A DNA stretch of 64,000 bases from Callorhinchus milii (GCF_018977255.1 NW_024704742.1:78370001-78434000), one strand, 5' to 3'. Counted from the first letter of the stretch, positions 1 through 13,010 are shown. Made by a program: numbers and translations. Notes: generated from the sequence alone by a model not told the origin.

Positions 1-215
1 GTGACAAACACATGCACAAGGGTTTCAGTGCATTTGGGGTAAGGAATGGTCAAAGGCAGGCAAAGTGCCAGAGGTGGAGAAAAGTGGTCCTGGTCAGGGA
101 CAAGATGTGGGGGAGGAAGGACAGCTGGGTTTCGAACTGGATGCCTAGATTGCGCACAGGCCTGAAGGAGAGCCTGGGGAAGTTGAGGAGTTCAGATCCA
201 CAGACTCTGCTATAG
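1..215 (-). mobile_element. L2 LINE ORF2 fragment (degraded)
   Basis: Minus-frame peptide VRNLGIQFETQLSFLPHILSLTRTTFLHL matches VRNLGILFDSELSFLPHI in the L2 copy at 25.9 kb and the similar segment at 53.5 kb. Confidence 0.75.
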
Positions 216-330
216 AGCCTTATCATATCGTTAAGATGTCTCAAAGCACTTTACAGGATGTACTGTAAAGTGGTGCCATTATGTGTTTTGTGGACAGAAT
301 GTGCTAGCCAATTTTATACACAGCAATGAA

Positions 331-713
331 ATAATAATAATAATACTTGGACTTCATATAACACCTTATCAGGTCTTCGAGACATCTCAAAGAGCTTTAC
401 AGAATATACTGCAAAATGGAATTGACTGTTTATTTTGTGGGTGAATCGCGGCAGCCAATTGCGCACAGCAGTGCCCACAAACAGTCATGGATAAAGTAAC
501 CAAATTGTGATTATTAAAAAAAAATGTTTTAAGGGATTATTACTCCCAGAAAAGCAATCCACCAATTGACTAACAGTCAGGTTCCTGCTTATTGCCAGGT
601 AAACAGAGACGTGTGGAGTAAGGAAACTTGCCTAATGTTTCACCCTTCCCGGGAACCAAACCCGGGTCCTCTCGCTTGCAAGGCAATTGCTCTAAACAAT
701 TCGCTGCAGGACC
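331..713 (-). mobile_element. tRNA-Ala-derived SINE, long variant
   Basis: Reverse-complement head with ttgcaag anticodon arm, body 'gcaagtttccttactccacacg', L2-like tail and (TTA)n. Confidence 0.8.
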
Positions 714-3389
714 ACGAATGAATGACTGAGTGACTAATTTTTTATTTGAGGTATTGTTGATCAGCACACTGGGAGAAACTCCCTTCTCTCTCTGAACAAT
801 GCTGCAGGAATTCAGTTTAATGTTTCATCCGAAGCACGGCACCTCCAACAATGCAGCACTTCGCCAGCACTGCAGTGTCAGCCTAGACTATGAGCTCAAA
901 TTCCCAACATGAGGCTTGAACCCACAACTCTCTGACTCAGAGGCGAGAGTTCTACCAGATTTGCGCTTGGCTCAAAGGGGCAGAATTTATCAAAGTTTCA
1001 TGAAAGTTGCTAACACAGTAATCTTTCATGAATATCAGCAATATGTTTCTTTCTTAAATAATAGTATTCATTTGCAAAATTATAAGTTAACTATTAATGT
1101 CACATTTCATTCACAACATACACAGTCAATTCACATTACAATATATTCTGTGAAGCGCTTTGAGACATCACAAAGATTATTATTATTATTATTATTAATG
1201 GGGTTGTTCAGAGAAATTAACCTCATCCCCAAGATAACTGGCTTTTACTGAAATATACCAATATTAGAGTAAAAATGTTAACCATACATCCAGAATACTC
1301 ATATTATGGCAATAGTTAACATAGACTACAAACATGAAAACTAAAAAAAAACTGACTTGAAATAAAACATCAAACATATTATTTCCACTGATTTTTTACT
1401 CAGCTGTATGTCTAGCATATATGGAAATCCATCTTAACCTACTATGCTTAAGTGTATTCATATCAAACTACTAAAACTTCCACTTCTGCATGGAAATGGA
1501 ATGTGCACTCTCTTCCCAGAGGGAAGTTCTCTGCTTAACTAACTCTGGGAAATATTGGTACAAGTTGACAAAAGCCAAGGGTTGGAGAGCCCTAGAGTAT
1601 GCATTTGGAGTCCTGCTAGAATTTAATCAATGAAAAGGATTTTAAAAAAGTACATGATTTTTTTTGATCAGATTTTGTTAAAGGCAGTTTTAGATTGCCC
1701 TCGACCTTCACTGTGATATAGTAGAACCCTAATTCATTCCTCAATGGAAGGAGCACATTATAAAATTATCACAGATTTTACCTCCTTATTTCCAATCTTC
1801 AATTCGAATTCAATTATTTTCTGTTGTGCTTTCCAATCTTCACTGAACAGAGTTTACATCTATTTGTAAAACACTCTTCTGCTTCTCCTGGTTTCCACTA
1901 TCTATTCTGCTATTCTGCAGGGGGTGAGAGCAAGTTGACAGGAATCAGGTTTTCAGTGGCTCATAACTAACCTTAAAAGCCGTTGACAACTCAAGCTTGA
2001 AGATTGACCTGGTTCCACTGAACCAGAAAAGGGACCTCTTAACAAGGATACCAATTTGCAGATCTCAGGATCCTACAGCCCTGGATGAGTGAATTCCACA
2101 TAGAAAAATATGGGAGTGAATAGAGAGAGCATTCGAATTGCCCATCTAGCACCTTTTCATAAATTAAATATTGCTTTACCAGCATTGAACGAATTGTGGC
2201 TACAGGGTTTTCCCATTAGTGCACAACCATTTGTAGCTTAGCCTTAGTGTGGAACCTTGCTATATGGAAACACGGTACACCTGATGTCTAGCATTGCCCA
2301 GTTGCCACTGAGCTCTCTTCCTTTGTAATGCGCACATGTACGTTGTGTGCTAAAAGCACCATTGGCATCATTTCCTGTGCCTGTGCTGCACTTAATAATA
2401 ATAATAATCTTTGCATTTGATATAGTACTTTTCATGCCTTCTAGACATCTCAAAGCGCTTCACAGAATATACCGTGAAGTGAATTGACTGTATATTTGTG
2501 GGGGAAATGACTTTTGTCAATAAGTGATGTTGTGACTGGATCAGGAAGCTGGCCATTTTGTTGCATTTGATTAGAATATTTATTTCTCGTATGTTGGTCC
2601 CAGCTGAACATGATATAAAAGGGGTTGCCCTCTATTTAATGTTGATCACTAAAATTGCAATATTTTCATTAAATCATAAAAATTAATTATGAAATAAACA
2701 AAAACTTATCAAAACTGCAATTTCCATGTACCATTGACACTGCTTTTAACTCTCCTCAACATTCCTGAGGAATCAAAGGTAAAACTTCTAAGAAGAAAAA
2801 ACTCACTGAAATTTCACATGAAAGTTGAAAAAAATCAATTGAAAGCACCAGAATTTCAAACTAAAAAAATGAAATATTGAATGTGACATTGATTTGGTTA
2901 TGAAACATCACATTTTTCATTCATATCCTCCTTACCAAACGTAGAATGATTGCACTGATGAATGGCAATTCCCTGATCTGAACTGGATTTTTTAAGTATT
3001 TGACTACACCACCACCAACTTGCATTTATATAGCTACCCTCACACAGGGTAACGTCACAGTGTGCTTGACAGTGGCAATGCCCAATGCTGAGCTGGGTGG
3101 GCTTGGGGGTGGGGGGGGTGACCATAGGCACAGTCGAATAGGAAGGTCTTCAGGCACGACCTGAAGATGGGGAAGGAAGGTGCAAGGCGGAGGGATAGAG
3201 GAAGAGTGTTCCAGAGTTTCGGGGCGTAGTGGCTGAAAGCGCGGTCACCAATGGTGGAACAGATTTACAATAATAATCTTTGGATTTAATATTGCACATA
3301 CTTTTGATTAGGTGCAATATCAAATGCAAAGATTATTATTATAAATTCATCAAAGTCTTTGAAGATCTGCATCACAAATAATTATTATT

Positions 3390-3694
3390 GGAGTCCTGTA
3401 GCTCAGTGGTTAGAGCACTCGCTTTGCAAGTGAGAGACCTGAGTTCAATTCCAGGCACAGGGCGAAACCTTGGGCAAGTTTCCTTACTCCATACGCCTAA
3501 TAATAATCCCTCCAAAACTAAAAAACAATAATTAAATTGGTCATTTTCAATCTACGACTGTTTGTGGGACATTGCTGTGCGCAATTGGCTGCCGCGTTCG
3601 CCCACAAATATACAGTCAATTCACTTTACAGTGTGTTCTGTGAAGCGCTTTGGGACGTCCTCCCGACGTGAAAAGCGCTATATCAAATGCAAGG

Positions 3695-3728
<34 letters not shown>
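3390..3728 (+). mobile_element. tRNA-Ala-derived SINE, young short variant, full length
   Basis: A box tagctcagtggttaga, anticodon arm ctcgc-tttgcaa-gtgag (TGC), B box gagttcaattcc, 3' end gcgctttgggacgtcctcccgacgtgaaaagcgc and (TTA)n. Near-identical to copies at 17252, 20680 and 59077. Confidence 0.9.
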
Positions 3729-3731
<3 letters not shown>

Positions 3732-4040
3732 GCTTTCAAAATTAGCGCTTTGAAACTGTGCTTTGAGAATTCTCAACAATGTGATGTGGTGCTGGATCAA
3801 ATACAGAGATTATCTATTATTAAGATGAGGATTGGAGGGTGGGCTCTGTTTGTGGACAGATTCCAACCTGACGCATCCTCCCACTCTGTGGCACTGTGTG
3901 TTAGTGTTGAAATGTACAGCACATCTATTTAAGAAATATTTGGACTACTTTAAAACGCGGTTCCTGATCACCACCCTCACTCCTCCTCCATTGTTGAAAG
4001 GATTGAATCCTCATGTTACATTGGTCAGGAGAGCCTCGGG

Positions 4041-4278
4041 ACAAATACGTCTTTCCACACAAAAAAAACTATAATAATTTCACTGGCTGACAGACTACAG
4101 GAATGTTAATTCAATCAGTCACTCAAACTGTTATTACTCTCAGAGCCATTTACATATGTTTCACTATTGATATTTTAAATCTTTTTGTGTTTGGTTTTGA
4201 GTGCAGATCACTTATCAACATGATTTTTTGAAACACTGCATACTTGAATGCCTTGTTTGCATGCTGAATAATTTGATT
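4041..4278 (+). repeat. Direct duplication, copy 1 (238 bp)
   Basis: Matches 4800-5037 with only two substitutions seen. Confidence 0.95.
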
Positions 4279-4799
4279 TCATTGGCAGCTCCCAACACAT
4301 CAACTTCAATCTCAGCTGACCGATTCCATTCTTTCTGTGGTCGTATGAAAGGTCTCTAAACTTCGATCTGAATTCAGTCTACATTTAATACCCACTGAAA
4401 ATTAAAAGAGAGAAACATCACATTCACCTACAAAATTCACAGTCAATACACGCTGTAGTATATCCTGTGATGTACTTTGGGATGTGCTCCCAACATGAAA
4501 AGCGTTATACCTAATGTAACTATTATATCATTATTATTATAATTACATAGGTATCGTATCTCTTTTCATCCACTGTTCTTTCCCTCTGTTCTGAACGCTG
4601 AAGTTATGTTTTTTTATTATAATTTTTATTCAAGAGCAGATGGCAACATCAAGATGTGGAGGTTTTCTGGATGTTTGGCATGTTTTAATTAAAATGATTA
4701 GCTCAATTTTGGAAAGAAAGTGTCAGGTTTGTCAGTAAAGGTCAAAGAGTTTCTCAATTCCTCAGGCCTTTCAGTAATAATGAGTGTTTAGACTGCAGC

Positions 4800-5037
4800 A
4801 CAAATACGTCTTTCCACACAAAAAAAACTATAATAATTTCACTGGCTGACAGACTACAGGAATGTTAATTCAATCAGTCACTCAAACTGTTATTACTCTC
4901 AGAGCCATTTACATATGTTTCACTATTGATTTTTTAAATCTTTTTGTGTTTGGTTTTGAGTGGAGATCACTTATCAACATGATTTTTTGAAACACTGCAT
5001 ACTTGAATGCCTTGTTTGCATGCTGAATAATTTGATT
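4800..5037 (+). repeat. Direct duplication, copy 2 (238 bp)
   Basis: Matches 4041-4278 at an offset of 759 bp. Confidence 0.95.
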
Positions 5038-5169
5038 GCATTTTTATTCCACTAGAAAGATATTATGGGGAACATTTCGACTTTCCAAGAGGAACACTTA
5101 AAAACATAGAAAAAAGCACCGAAAGAGAAAAGACTATTTTAGTCAGCAAGCCCACTCCTCAATAAGCAA

Positions 5170-5515
5170 ATAATAATCCTTACATTTAACGAGCACCTTT
5201 CATGTCAGGAGGACATCTTAAAGCACTACACCGTATATATTGTAAAGTGTAGTGACACTGTATTTAGTCGTGGAACGCAGCAGCTAATAATCTCACAGCA
5301 ATTTTCAACAAGCAACCATGGAGTGAATGATGAATTTTATTTGGGGGATTGTTGGCCAGGACACCATGAAAAATGCCCTTCTCTTTTTGAATAGTGGCAA
5401 AGGATCTTTACCGTCTATCTGGAAAGACAGATGGAGCCTTGGTATAACATCTCATTTAAAGAATGGTACCTCTAACAATGTTTCCCCAATGTTACATTGA
5501 AGTGTCAGCCCAGAC
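5170..5515 (-). mobile_element. Deu-domain SINE, partial
   Basis: Reverse complement of the Deu core (ttggccaggacacc ... gaatagtggcaaaggatcttta ... aacatctcat) with the L2-like tail at the left end. Confidence 0.7.
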
Positions 5516-7134
5516 TGCATGAGTTTAAGACCTGATGGCGGCCTGATATTCCAATATGGTGTCTGTTCAAGATGTTAAATGTCTTATGGCACTCCTCAAA
5601 AAAGAAGGAAGTTTCTCCTGGCCAACAAACCCAAATAAAATTATTCATTTACTTCATGACTGTTTGTGAGACATTGCTATGTGGAAATTGGCTCTCTTTG
5701 CCTGTAAAATACAATCATTAAACTTTACAATAAATCTTGATGGCTTTGTGGCATTCTCCTGATGTGGAAGGCACTATACCAAATGCAATGCAAGTATTAT
5801 TATTATTATGGGAGTATTATTATTTTTATTATGGGAGTACAGCCAATGAATGTGAGCAGGCTAGTTCAGAGCCTCACTGCCTAGTCCAACAACAACAACA
5901 ACAACAAGATTCAATTTATAAAGCGCCTTTCACGTCAGGAGGACGTCCCAAGGCGCTGAGACATCCATGAACAAACAACATTGGATAGCAATTAAGAGCA
6001 GGATCCCTGACCCCCCCTCCACCTCCACCCAAAGCTCAGGGACACATAGGCTAACTGTCAGACTTCTCTATCCCGGCTGAGATCTGCTACAGCCATACAT
6101 ACTCGCTATGTATAAGATCTAATTGAATCTTATACAAAGGCAGTCTCGCTTATTGAATCAACCTAAAGCTTTGCCTGTGAAATACACCGTCTAAGCACTT
6201 AACAGGAAAATTCTGAGACGTCCTCCCAACATGAAAGGCATTATATTGAGTGCAAGGATTATTTCTTTTTAAGAAATGAACACCTTTGTGTACAAAAAAA
6301 GGCTGAAATTCTCCTCAGGACAATATCTGCCACGATATCTTCCCCAACAGTACTAATGTTCTCTGCTTAATCCAGACAGCAACCACACACTCAAAAGTCT
6401 GGAATGAGATTTGTGGAATGAAGTGAAAAAAAATGATTACCTGGAATGAAAACAACTATTGCCTTCCGACTTATAAATAACAGGAGGACCCAGAACTGGT
6501 TTAAAAGCCCTTGTCACTGCTATCTTGAATTCTTGCTTAGAGGGATTATTTTCAAGGAACAAAAAATAACTTCTCTCAACCTAGATTATTTTCATTCAAC
6601 TTTTGGAAATAAGTAAGCTATGAATAAGATCAGAGAAGCACGTGCAAAGAAGGCCACACTAAAACATCCTCACTTGCTTTATAAAGATTCAGGTGAACCA
6701 GTTATCTCTGTGCAACCTTGGAAAGGCTGAAAATGTGTCCCCACAAAGCCTAAATCGAAGACAAAAGTTCTGGGCTTTGTAGCCATGTTCAGGTGCTGCC
6801 AATAATCAGAAATCGGAGGGAGGCAGAGGGTATCTTATTTCAAACCAAACGTCAACAATGTTCTTTAAACAAAGAATAAAATGTTTAGGAATTGCACTAT
6901 TTTGACCCTCATTGTTTTAAATTCACTGACTATGTCTGTCTTTGTTGTCTGTCTTTATCAATGACTGTAGAGTCTTTCTGTGAATAGAAAGTTATAGCAA
7001 GGAGCGGGTGAAGACTCATTTGGACTATAAACAACGGCACAGACTAGTTGGGCCAAATGGCCTGATTTTGTATTGTACAATCTATTTAAATCATTATGTA
7101 TCTGAATCAATATGTGCTGAAGTTTGACACTCAC

Positions 7135-7274
7135 CACATCGATTATCTGAATGAAGGCGATTCCAAGGTCAACGACCAGAGGCTGACTATCGTTCGCCAC
7201 AGGACGTTCCAGTCGATTGTAGTTTTTCAGCAGCTCACTGTAGAGTTTTCTTTGGTACTCACCCTGATGAGAAT
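7135..7274 (-). CDS. CHRNA8: Exon 2 of an alpha7-subfamily neuronal nicotinic acetylcholine receptor subunit, most similar to alpha8
   Basis: Minus strand reads polypyrimidine tract-cttgag|AT TCT CAT CAG GGT GAG TAC ... ATC GAT GTG|gtgagt. Translation is (D)[46 protein letters not shown]. Length (140 nt) and phases (1 to 0) match CHRNA7-family exon 2. NYNRLERPV and IIDV match alpha8 as I recall it, rather than alpha7 (NYNPLERPV, IMDV). Family call is strong; the paralog call (8 vs 7/11) is less certain. Confidence 0.88.
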
Positions 7275-9537
7275 CTCAAGAAAAAAAACACAAGGGAATA
7301 AATATCAGTTCTCCTGTAGCTAGAACTACATGCACAGGACAACGAGCAGAGCCATGAGTGCCTCTGTATCCAAGGTTATTTACCGAGTTCCTCCCTCAGC
7401 CCCACCCTCCCCCCAAAAAAGGTCTATTTCTTAATAATGCCCTTAGTTGGGACTTTGAACTCAAATAATCAAGGCTGACACGCCAAAGAGGTGCGAGGGG
7501 TGTGCAATATTTTTGGAAGCGCCGTCCTTCGAATGAGATGTTAAACCAAGCTCCAACCTAACTATTCAAGTAGATGTTAAAGATTGTGCGGCACAATTTA
7601 AAAAGTGAAGGGAGTTTCTCCTGGCTTCCTGGACAACAACTTCATGGTTGTTTGTGGTACATTGCTGTGCCGTGCTCGCCCACAAAATGCAGTTACTGTA
7701 CAATAAATCCTGTGAAGTGCTTTGATTCCTTCCGACATGACGTTCTTATTATTAATAAATATCACAGCACTAAAAATGAATGTAGTGCATCTTAAAATGC
7801 TCTCTGATAATTAGTGGCTGTTTAAAATAGCGGAAGGGTCAAATATTGATCAGTTTAAATTATTTACTGCTTACTTAGCCATGCATCAATAAAGTGAAGC
7901 AAATCACAATATTTTGCAAATATTTGTGATGAACATTGCATTGTACTATTTATAATAATTCTAATATTTCTTGCCAATGTTCATGTACTTGCGGGTGGCA
8001 CAGGCTGGACTGGGATATCTACTGAGAGCATTCATGTGGTTCTAACCATGCTGCTGCAGACAGTGATGGCAACAGCAGAGGTGGGCCTTTTCACAATGGG
8101 TGAACATCTCGAAGTACATAACAAAATACAACTGCAAGGTCATTGGAGAGGTTTGGATGAAGAAGCCATTTGGGTGCATTTCTGATAATAATAATCCTTG
8201 CATTTGATATAATGCCTTTTGCATTGGGAATTTACTATTTTGTAGGTGAATGAAACGGCCAATTTTGCAACAACAATGTCCCACACACAGCCAGTAAGTG
8301 AGTAACATAGAAATGTAGAAACAGGAGGAGGTCAGTCTGTCCCTCGAGCCTGTCCTGCCATTCTATAAGATCATGGGTGATCTTACCTCAAGTCCTTAAT
8401 ACCCTGACCTAACAAATAGAGTAATCAATTTTATTTGGGGATTGTTGGCCAGGACACCAGGAAAATGTCCCTTCTCTTTTTGAATATGTTGAGACCTTGA
8501 ACTCACAGTCTAGGTTGACACTCCAGGGCCCCTGAGGTCCTGTCTGCCTGTTCGTGTGAATGTTAAAGATCTCAAGACAACAGTCAATTGTAGATCGTAA
8601 GAAAAATGAGAGTGTCAGGAGTTAGATAGCAATAGTTACGTGGTCCTGGGGAAAAATTAAAGTAGGAGACATGATCAACATTGTCTTTACACAGTAACAT
8701 TAACTTCATTCGAATCAATCCAAAGTATAAAGACTTTGTAAAGTGATTTGAAGCATTTATTTTTAAATAAAAGGGGTAATTTGTGAAGAGAACTTATTAA
8801 GTTAATTATTGTCATTATTATGATGCTCAAATTATCCTGTTCACAAGCTAAAACAGCTCCATCATTGCAACTATTCATAGTTACTCTCCTTTAGCTGTTG
8901 TCAAAGTGTTTCCCTCTTAAAATCTGGGAAAGAATAAGCTACAGTAAGAGACAATGCAATGAGTTTTTAACCCTGCAAACCAGCCTGGTTCATTGGCAGG
9001 AATTGGAGAACAGACAATTCATATGAAGCAGGGATTTTTCCCACTCTGCTCTTGTCAACCCTGCAAGCCAAAGCCATAATGGACAGATTGATCCTAGCTG
9101 GACAAGCAGCAGGAAGCTTGCCAAGCTATACGGTTTAACCAGTTATAATTCCATCAATACCCCAATACACATTGGGGATCCCAGAGTGTAGAGTGTGCAT
9201 TCCCATTCCAGATACAGGGAAATGTGTATGGTCGGAGGCAACAACAACAACAAGATTCCATTTATAGAGCGCCTTTCACGTCGGGAGGATGGGAGGCAGA
9301 CACAGATGGAAATTTCACTCCTTTTTTGTGTCAGTTGGGTCTCTGTTGCACGTGGAAACCCATCACCGTGCTTAAGATTTTCCAAACAAGAATACTCAGT
9401 CTGGTTTGGATACTCAAAAGAGATAGGCTTCCACATGTGTCAATGGCTGATGAAAAACAACCCTATGAGTGTTAATTTGAATGCAGTGAAAATGCAAGAA
9501 AGAAGAAACAAATTTTGGACACAACATTAAAAGACTT

Positions 9538-10696
9538 TTTAATACCACATAAAAGACTTGTAAGAAAAATAGAAGCCAATGGTATAAAAAGGATAGTGGC
9601 AGCATGGATCCAGAACTGGCTGGGAGACAGGAAGCAGAGTGTTGTGGTGAACGGCTGCTTTTCTGACGAGAGGGAAGTGTACAATGGTGTCCCCCAGGGA
9701 TCAGTATTGGGACCACTGCTCTTCTTAATATATATAAATGATCTGGACTTGGGGATAGCAAGTACCATTTCCAAGTTTGCGGACGACACAAAGTTAGGTA
9801 GGGTAGCAAACAATGAGAAGGATAGGAGCCAACTGCAGGAAGACATAGACAGAATGGTAAAATGGGCAGACATATGGCAGATGAATTTCAATGTGGAGAA
9901 ATGTGAGGTAATGCATTTTGGAAGAAAAAATGAGGGGAGGCAATATAGGCTATGTAATACAATCTTAAGGGGGGTAAACGAACAGAGAGATCTGGGGGTT
10001 CAGGTAAATGAATCCTTGAAGGTGGCAGGACAGGTAGATAAAGCTGTAAAAAGGGCATATGGGATACTAGGGTTTATAAATAGGGGCATAGAGTACAAGA
10101 GTCAGGAGGTTATGATTAACCTATATAATACACTGGTTAGGCCTCAGTTAGAATACTGCACCCAGTTCTGTGCACTACACTATAGGAAGGATGTTAAGGC
10201 ATTGGAAAGGATACAGAGGAGATTTACAAGAATAGTACCAGAAATGAGGGACCTTGATTATGAGGAAAGGCTAGAGAGGTGGGGATTATTCTCATTGGAG
10301 CAGAGAAGGTTACGAGGAGACCTAATAGAGGTCTTCAAAATCATGAGGGAATTTGATAGGTTAGAAAGGGAAAAATTGTTTCCACTGGTGGATGTGTCGG
10401 TGACTCAAGGTCACAGACTTAAAACAGTTTCTAAAGGAAGCAGAGGGGAGGTGAGAAGAATTTTTTTCACGCAGCGAATTGTTCGAATCTGGAACGCATT
10501 GCCTGAAAGGGTGGTCGAGGCCGATTCGATAACTACTTTTGAAAATGCACTGGATGGGTATTTGAGGAGGACGGGTTTGCAGGGTTATGGGGAAAGGGCT
10601 GCGAGTGGGATTGACATTACATTGCTCTTTTCAAAGAGCCGACACAGACTCGATGGGCCGAATGGCCTCTTTATGTGCTCTACTATTCTATGATTA
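9538..10696 (+). mobile_element. CR1 LINE, 5'-truncated, uninterrupted C-terminal reverse transcriptase region plus 3' UTR
   Basis: ORF 9515-10693 contains [44 protein letters not shown] and RRLRGDLIEVFKIM. It ends in a CR1-type ttctatgatt tail. Confidence 0.95.
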
Positions 10697-11629
10697 GCAA
10701 ACAGCGCTTAGGGTCATCTCACTTACAATTGCTGACATTCACAGTTTCCAGAGGTTCATGCTGGACAGCCTCAGAATTACTTTGAGATTATAATCGAGGT
10801 GGGTAAATATTGAAGTACTTAGCTTTCACAGTTAGTGATATGATGACAAACAAGCCCAGGTTCCTTTGACGTTTTACTTACATTTGTACAACTCATTAAA
10901 ATGAATGGCACCCATAAATAATACAAATAATCGATTTACTTAGCACACTTGCTGCACTGCCTACAATGTTCATCTGCAACATCCCTTTTTACTAATTTTG
11001 AGATCTGGTAACTTTGCATTATCCTCAAGTAACAAACAGATATTTCACTGCATTAGTGTTTTTTTTATTCAGGCCATTTCTAAAGGGATTTCAAAACCCT
11101 CTCAATCAGATTTACTGCACATGGTTGTATAGTCAATGGGAAGAGATGAACATAAACTTTTGCAACACTGCACAATTTTGCTGTGCTTATAAAACTCGAT
11201 GGAGTGTACGTTTGTCTGTCTCCAGTTAATGGGGTTGAAAATGAAGCGATTATAACCCAGAAGTTGCTGCGCTATTTGCAATTTCCACTTTGTGACTGAA
11301 ATTGCAGAGTCGCTACCAAATACACTAATCAGTGAGATGCCCTAGTTTAGCCTTTTTATTAAGAGACCAAGCTTTAGCCTGCATCGACTCTTACTTGTTA
11401 CTAATGCTAAATATTAATCAGTGCTGTTGTGTCCTGTTGCTTACGATGTGCACAGTCAAGGTGGAGAAAAACTCTGAAGCGTTTTGAGATGTTTTGACGT
11501 GGTAAAATGTTTTATGAAAGGCAACGATTATTATTATTAGTTCAGGTATCCTCATTAGCAATGCTCAAACATAACAGTGAATAGCAAAAGCGTGACTTCC
11601 AACTACTAATCCTGTGTCAGTAACAATGC

Positions 11630-12074
11630 TTTATTTGATGTTTGATGTGTTTAATGTTTTTTATGCAGCATTCGATTTCCAATAACAGGTGCAATACAGG
11701 CTTTTTTTGAGTGCATCATGGAACAAATTATTGGCTCGTGCAGAACCTCAGAGGTAAAAAGATAGGAGAACTGAATATCGGAGAGGGATTCCTCCTTCCA
11801 CTTCACAGAGCTGTGTAACCTAATATTGTTTCACTGTGAAGTGAAAAGTGCAGCTCCAAAGTCCCATATATCAAGAGATTGTAGAGAGTAACATATTTCC
11901 TGTCTCAAGGAGACTTGCATATTAAATTCTAACCAGTAGCTCATAAAGAAAAGTACAGCATGCTGAGACAGACTGTTTCTTGCTTCTGGGTACTCCAAAG
12001 ACCAAACTACTTTCCTCTTGTTTGTGCTGGAAAAGACTGAGTGAAGCCTCCACTTCTGTTCTCAGAAACTCCTC
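11630..12074 (+). repeat. Left arm of a ~450-bp inverted duplication
   Basis: Reverse complement of 13300-13764, e.g. ctgtttcttgcttctgggtactccaaa vs tttggagtacccagaagcaagaaacag. Roughly 85% identity by eye. Confidence 0.9.
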
Positions 12075-12779
12075 TATTGTGCTCTCTGATACATCCTGAT
12101 GATAAATTACCCTGTGCTTTTAATGTTCTAATTCAGTCTCTCAGTGGAGTTTGCAGAAGATTTAACATGGTGACAGGTCAATTTATTTTAATTTCTTTAA
12201 TCTACACACAGACTTAATTGGGTACAATGACAATGCTAAAAAAAAGTATTTTAAATTATATTTTGTGTCTGCACGCATTGCTCTGAATTAAAACCTGAAC
12301 AGAAGCAGTGTGACCTATATCATGCAAGACTTCATCACTTCACTCATGTATATGACCTCTCATGAAGGCTAATCCCTTCAGGTATCTGCTTATGCCCTGA
12401 GCTGTGGTTTACTGGGCAGCCTGTGCTTATCCCCAGCCTCTTTGCTCGTTTCTGCAGCTCTTTGGACTGGGCCGGAGGGTGATGCAGAGGCAGGTGACCT
12501 GGAAGTTTTAGCATTGGCTGAGTGAAGTCAGTGGAGAGCTCAGCCAGACAGACCCTTTTAGCCATGGCCCTGGGATGATCTTTGTGAAAGTGAATTCACA
12601 GACTGTGCTGATACCACTACATTTTAAACAAAATACAGCAGAAAGATATGGAACACATGTGGAACTGAACATAGGACACGTTACTGATAGTATTCTCCAG
12701 CTTGCAAGCCCTCCTATGATCTGTGGAAAAATGTGAAATGATTCTCCCTTAGTTCTGCCAGCAGGATAAGGGAAACTAG

Positions 12780-13010
12780 ATGTCAGCTTGACTCAACAGT
12801 AACACCCTTGCTTCTAGGTCACAAGATTATGGGTTTGAACTTTATGTGTGGGATTTTGAGCTCACAGTTTAGGCTGATACATCAGTGCACTGCTGGATTT
12901 TTAGAGGTACTGTCTCTTCAAATGAGACGTTAAAAGGTCCCATCTGCCTATTCAGGTGAACATGGCACTATTCAAAGAGGTTTCTTCTTGCTGACCTGAC
13001 CAACAATCCT
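12780..13010 (+). mobile_element. Deu-domain SINE, degraded
   Basis: tgtcagcttgactca head, aggctgatac, atgagacgttaaa, catggcactattcaa. Confidence 0.65.

Noticed and set aside
3390..3462. tRNA-Ala(TGC)-like sequences (also 17500-17568, 18133, 43161, 59077)
   Set aside because: Each runs directly into a SINE body and lacks a proper acceptor stem, so these are SINE heads and not tRNA genes.
1..7134. Search for receptor exon 3 (DEKNQVL...WLQ)
   Set aside because: No matching 45-nt exon seen by eye. It presumably lies left of the window.
7322..7355. Minus-strand ATG GCT CTG CTC GTT GTC CTG TGC (MALLVVLC) just upstream of exon 2, as a possible exon 1
   Set aside because: It hits TAG after nine codons, and the only nearby GT gives phase 2, which fits neither acceptor.
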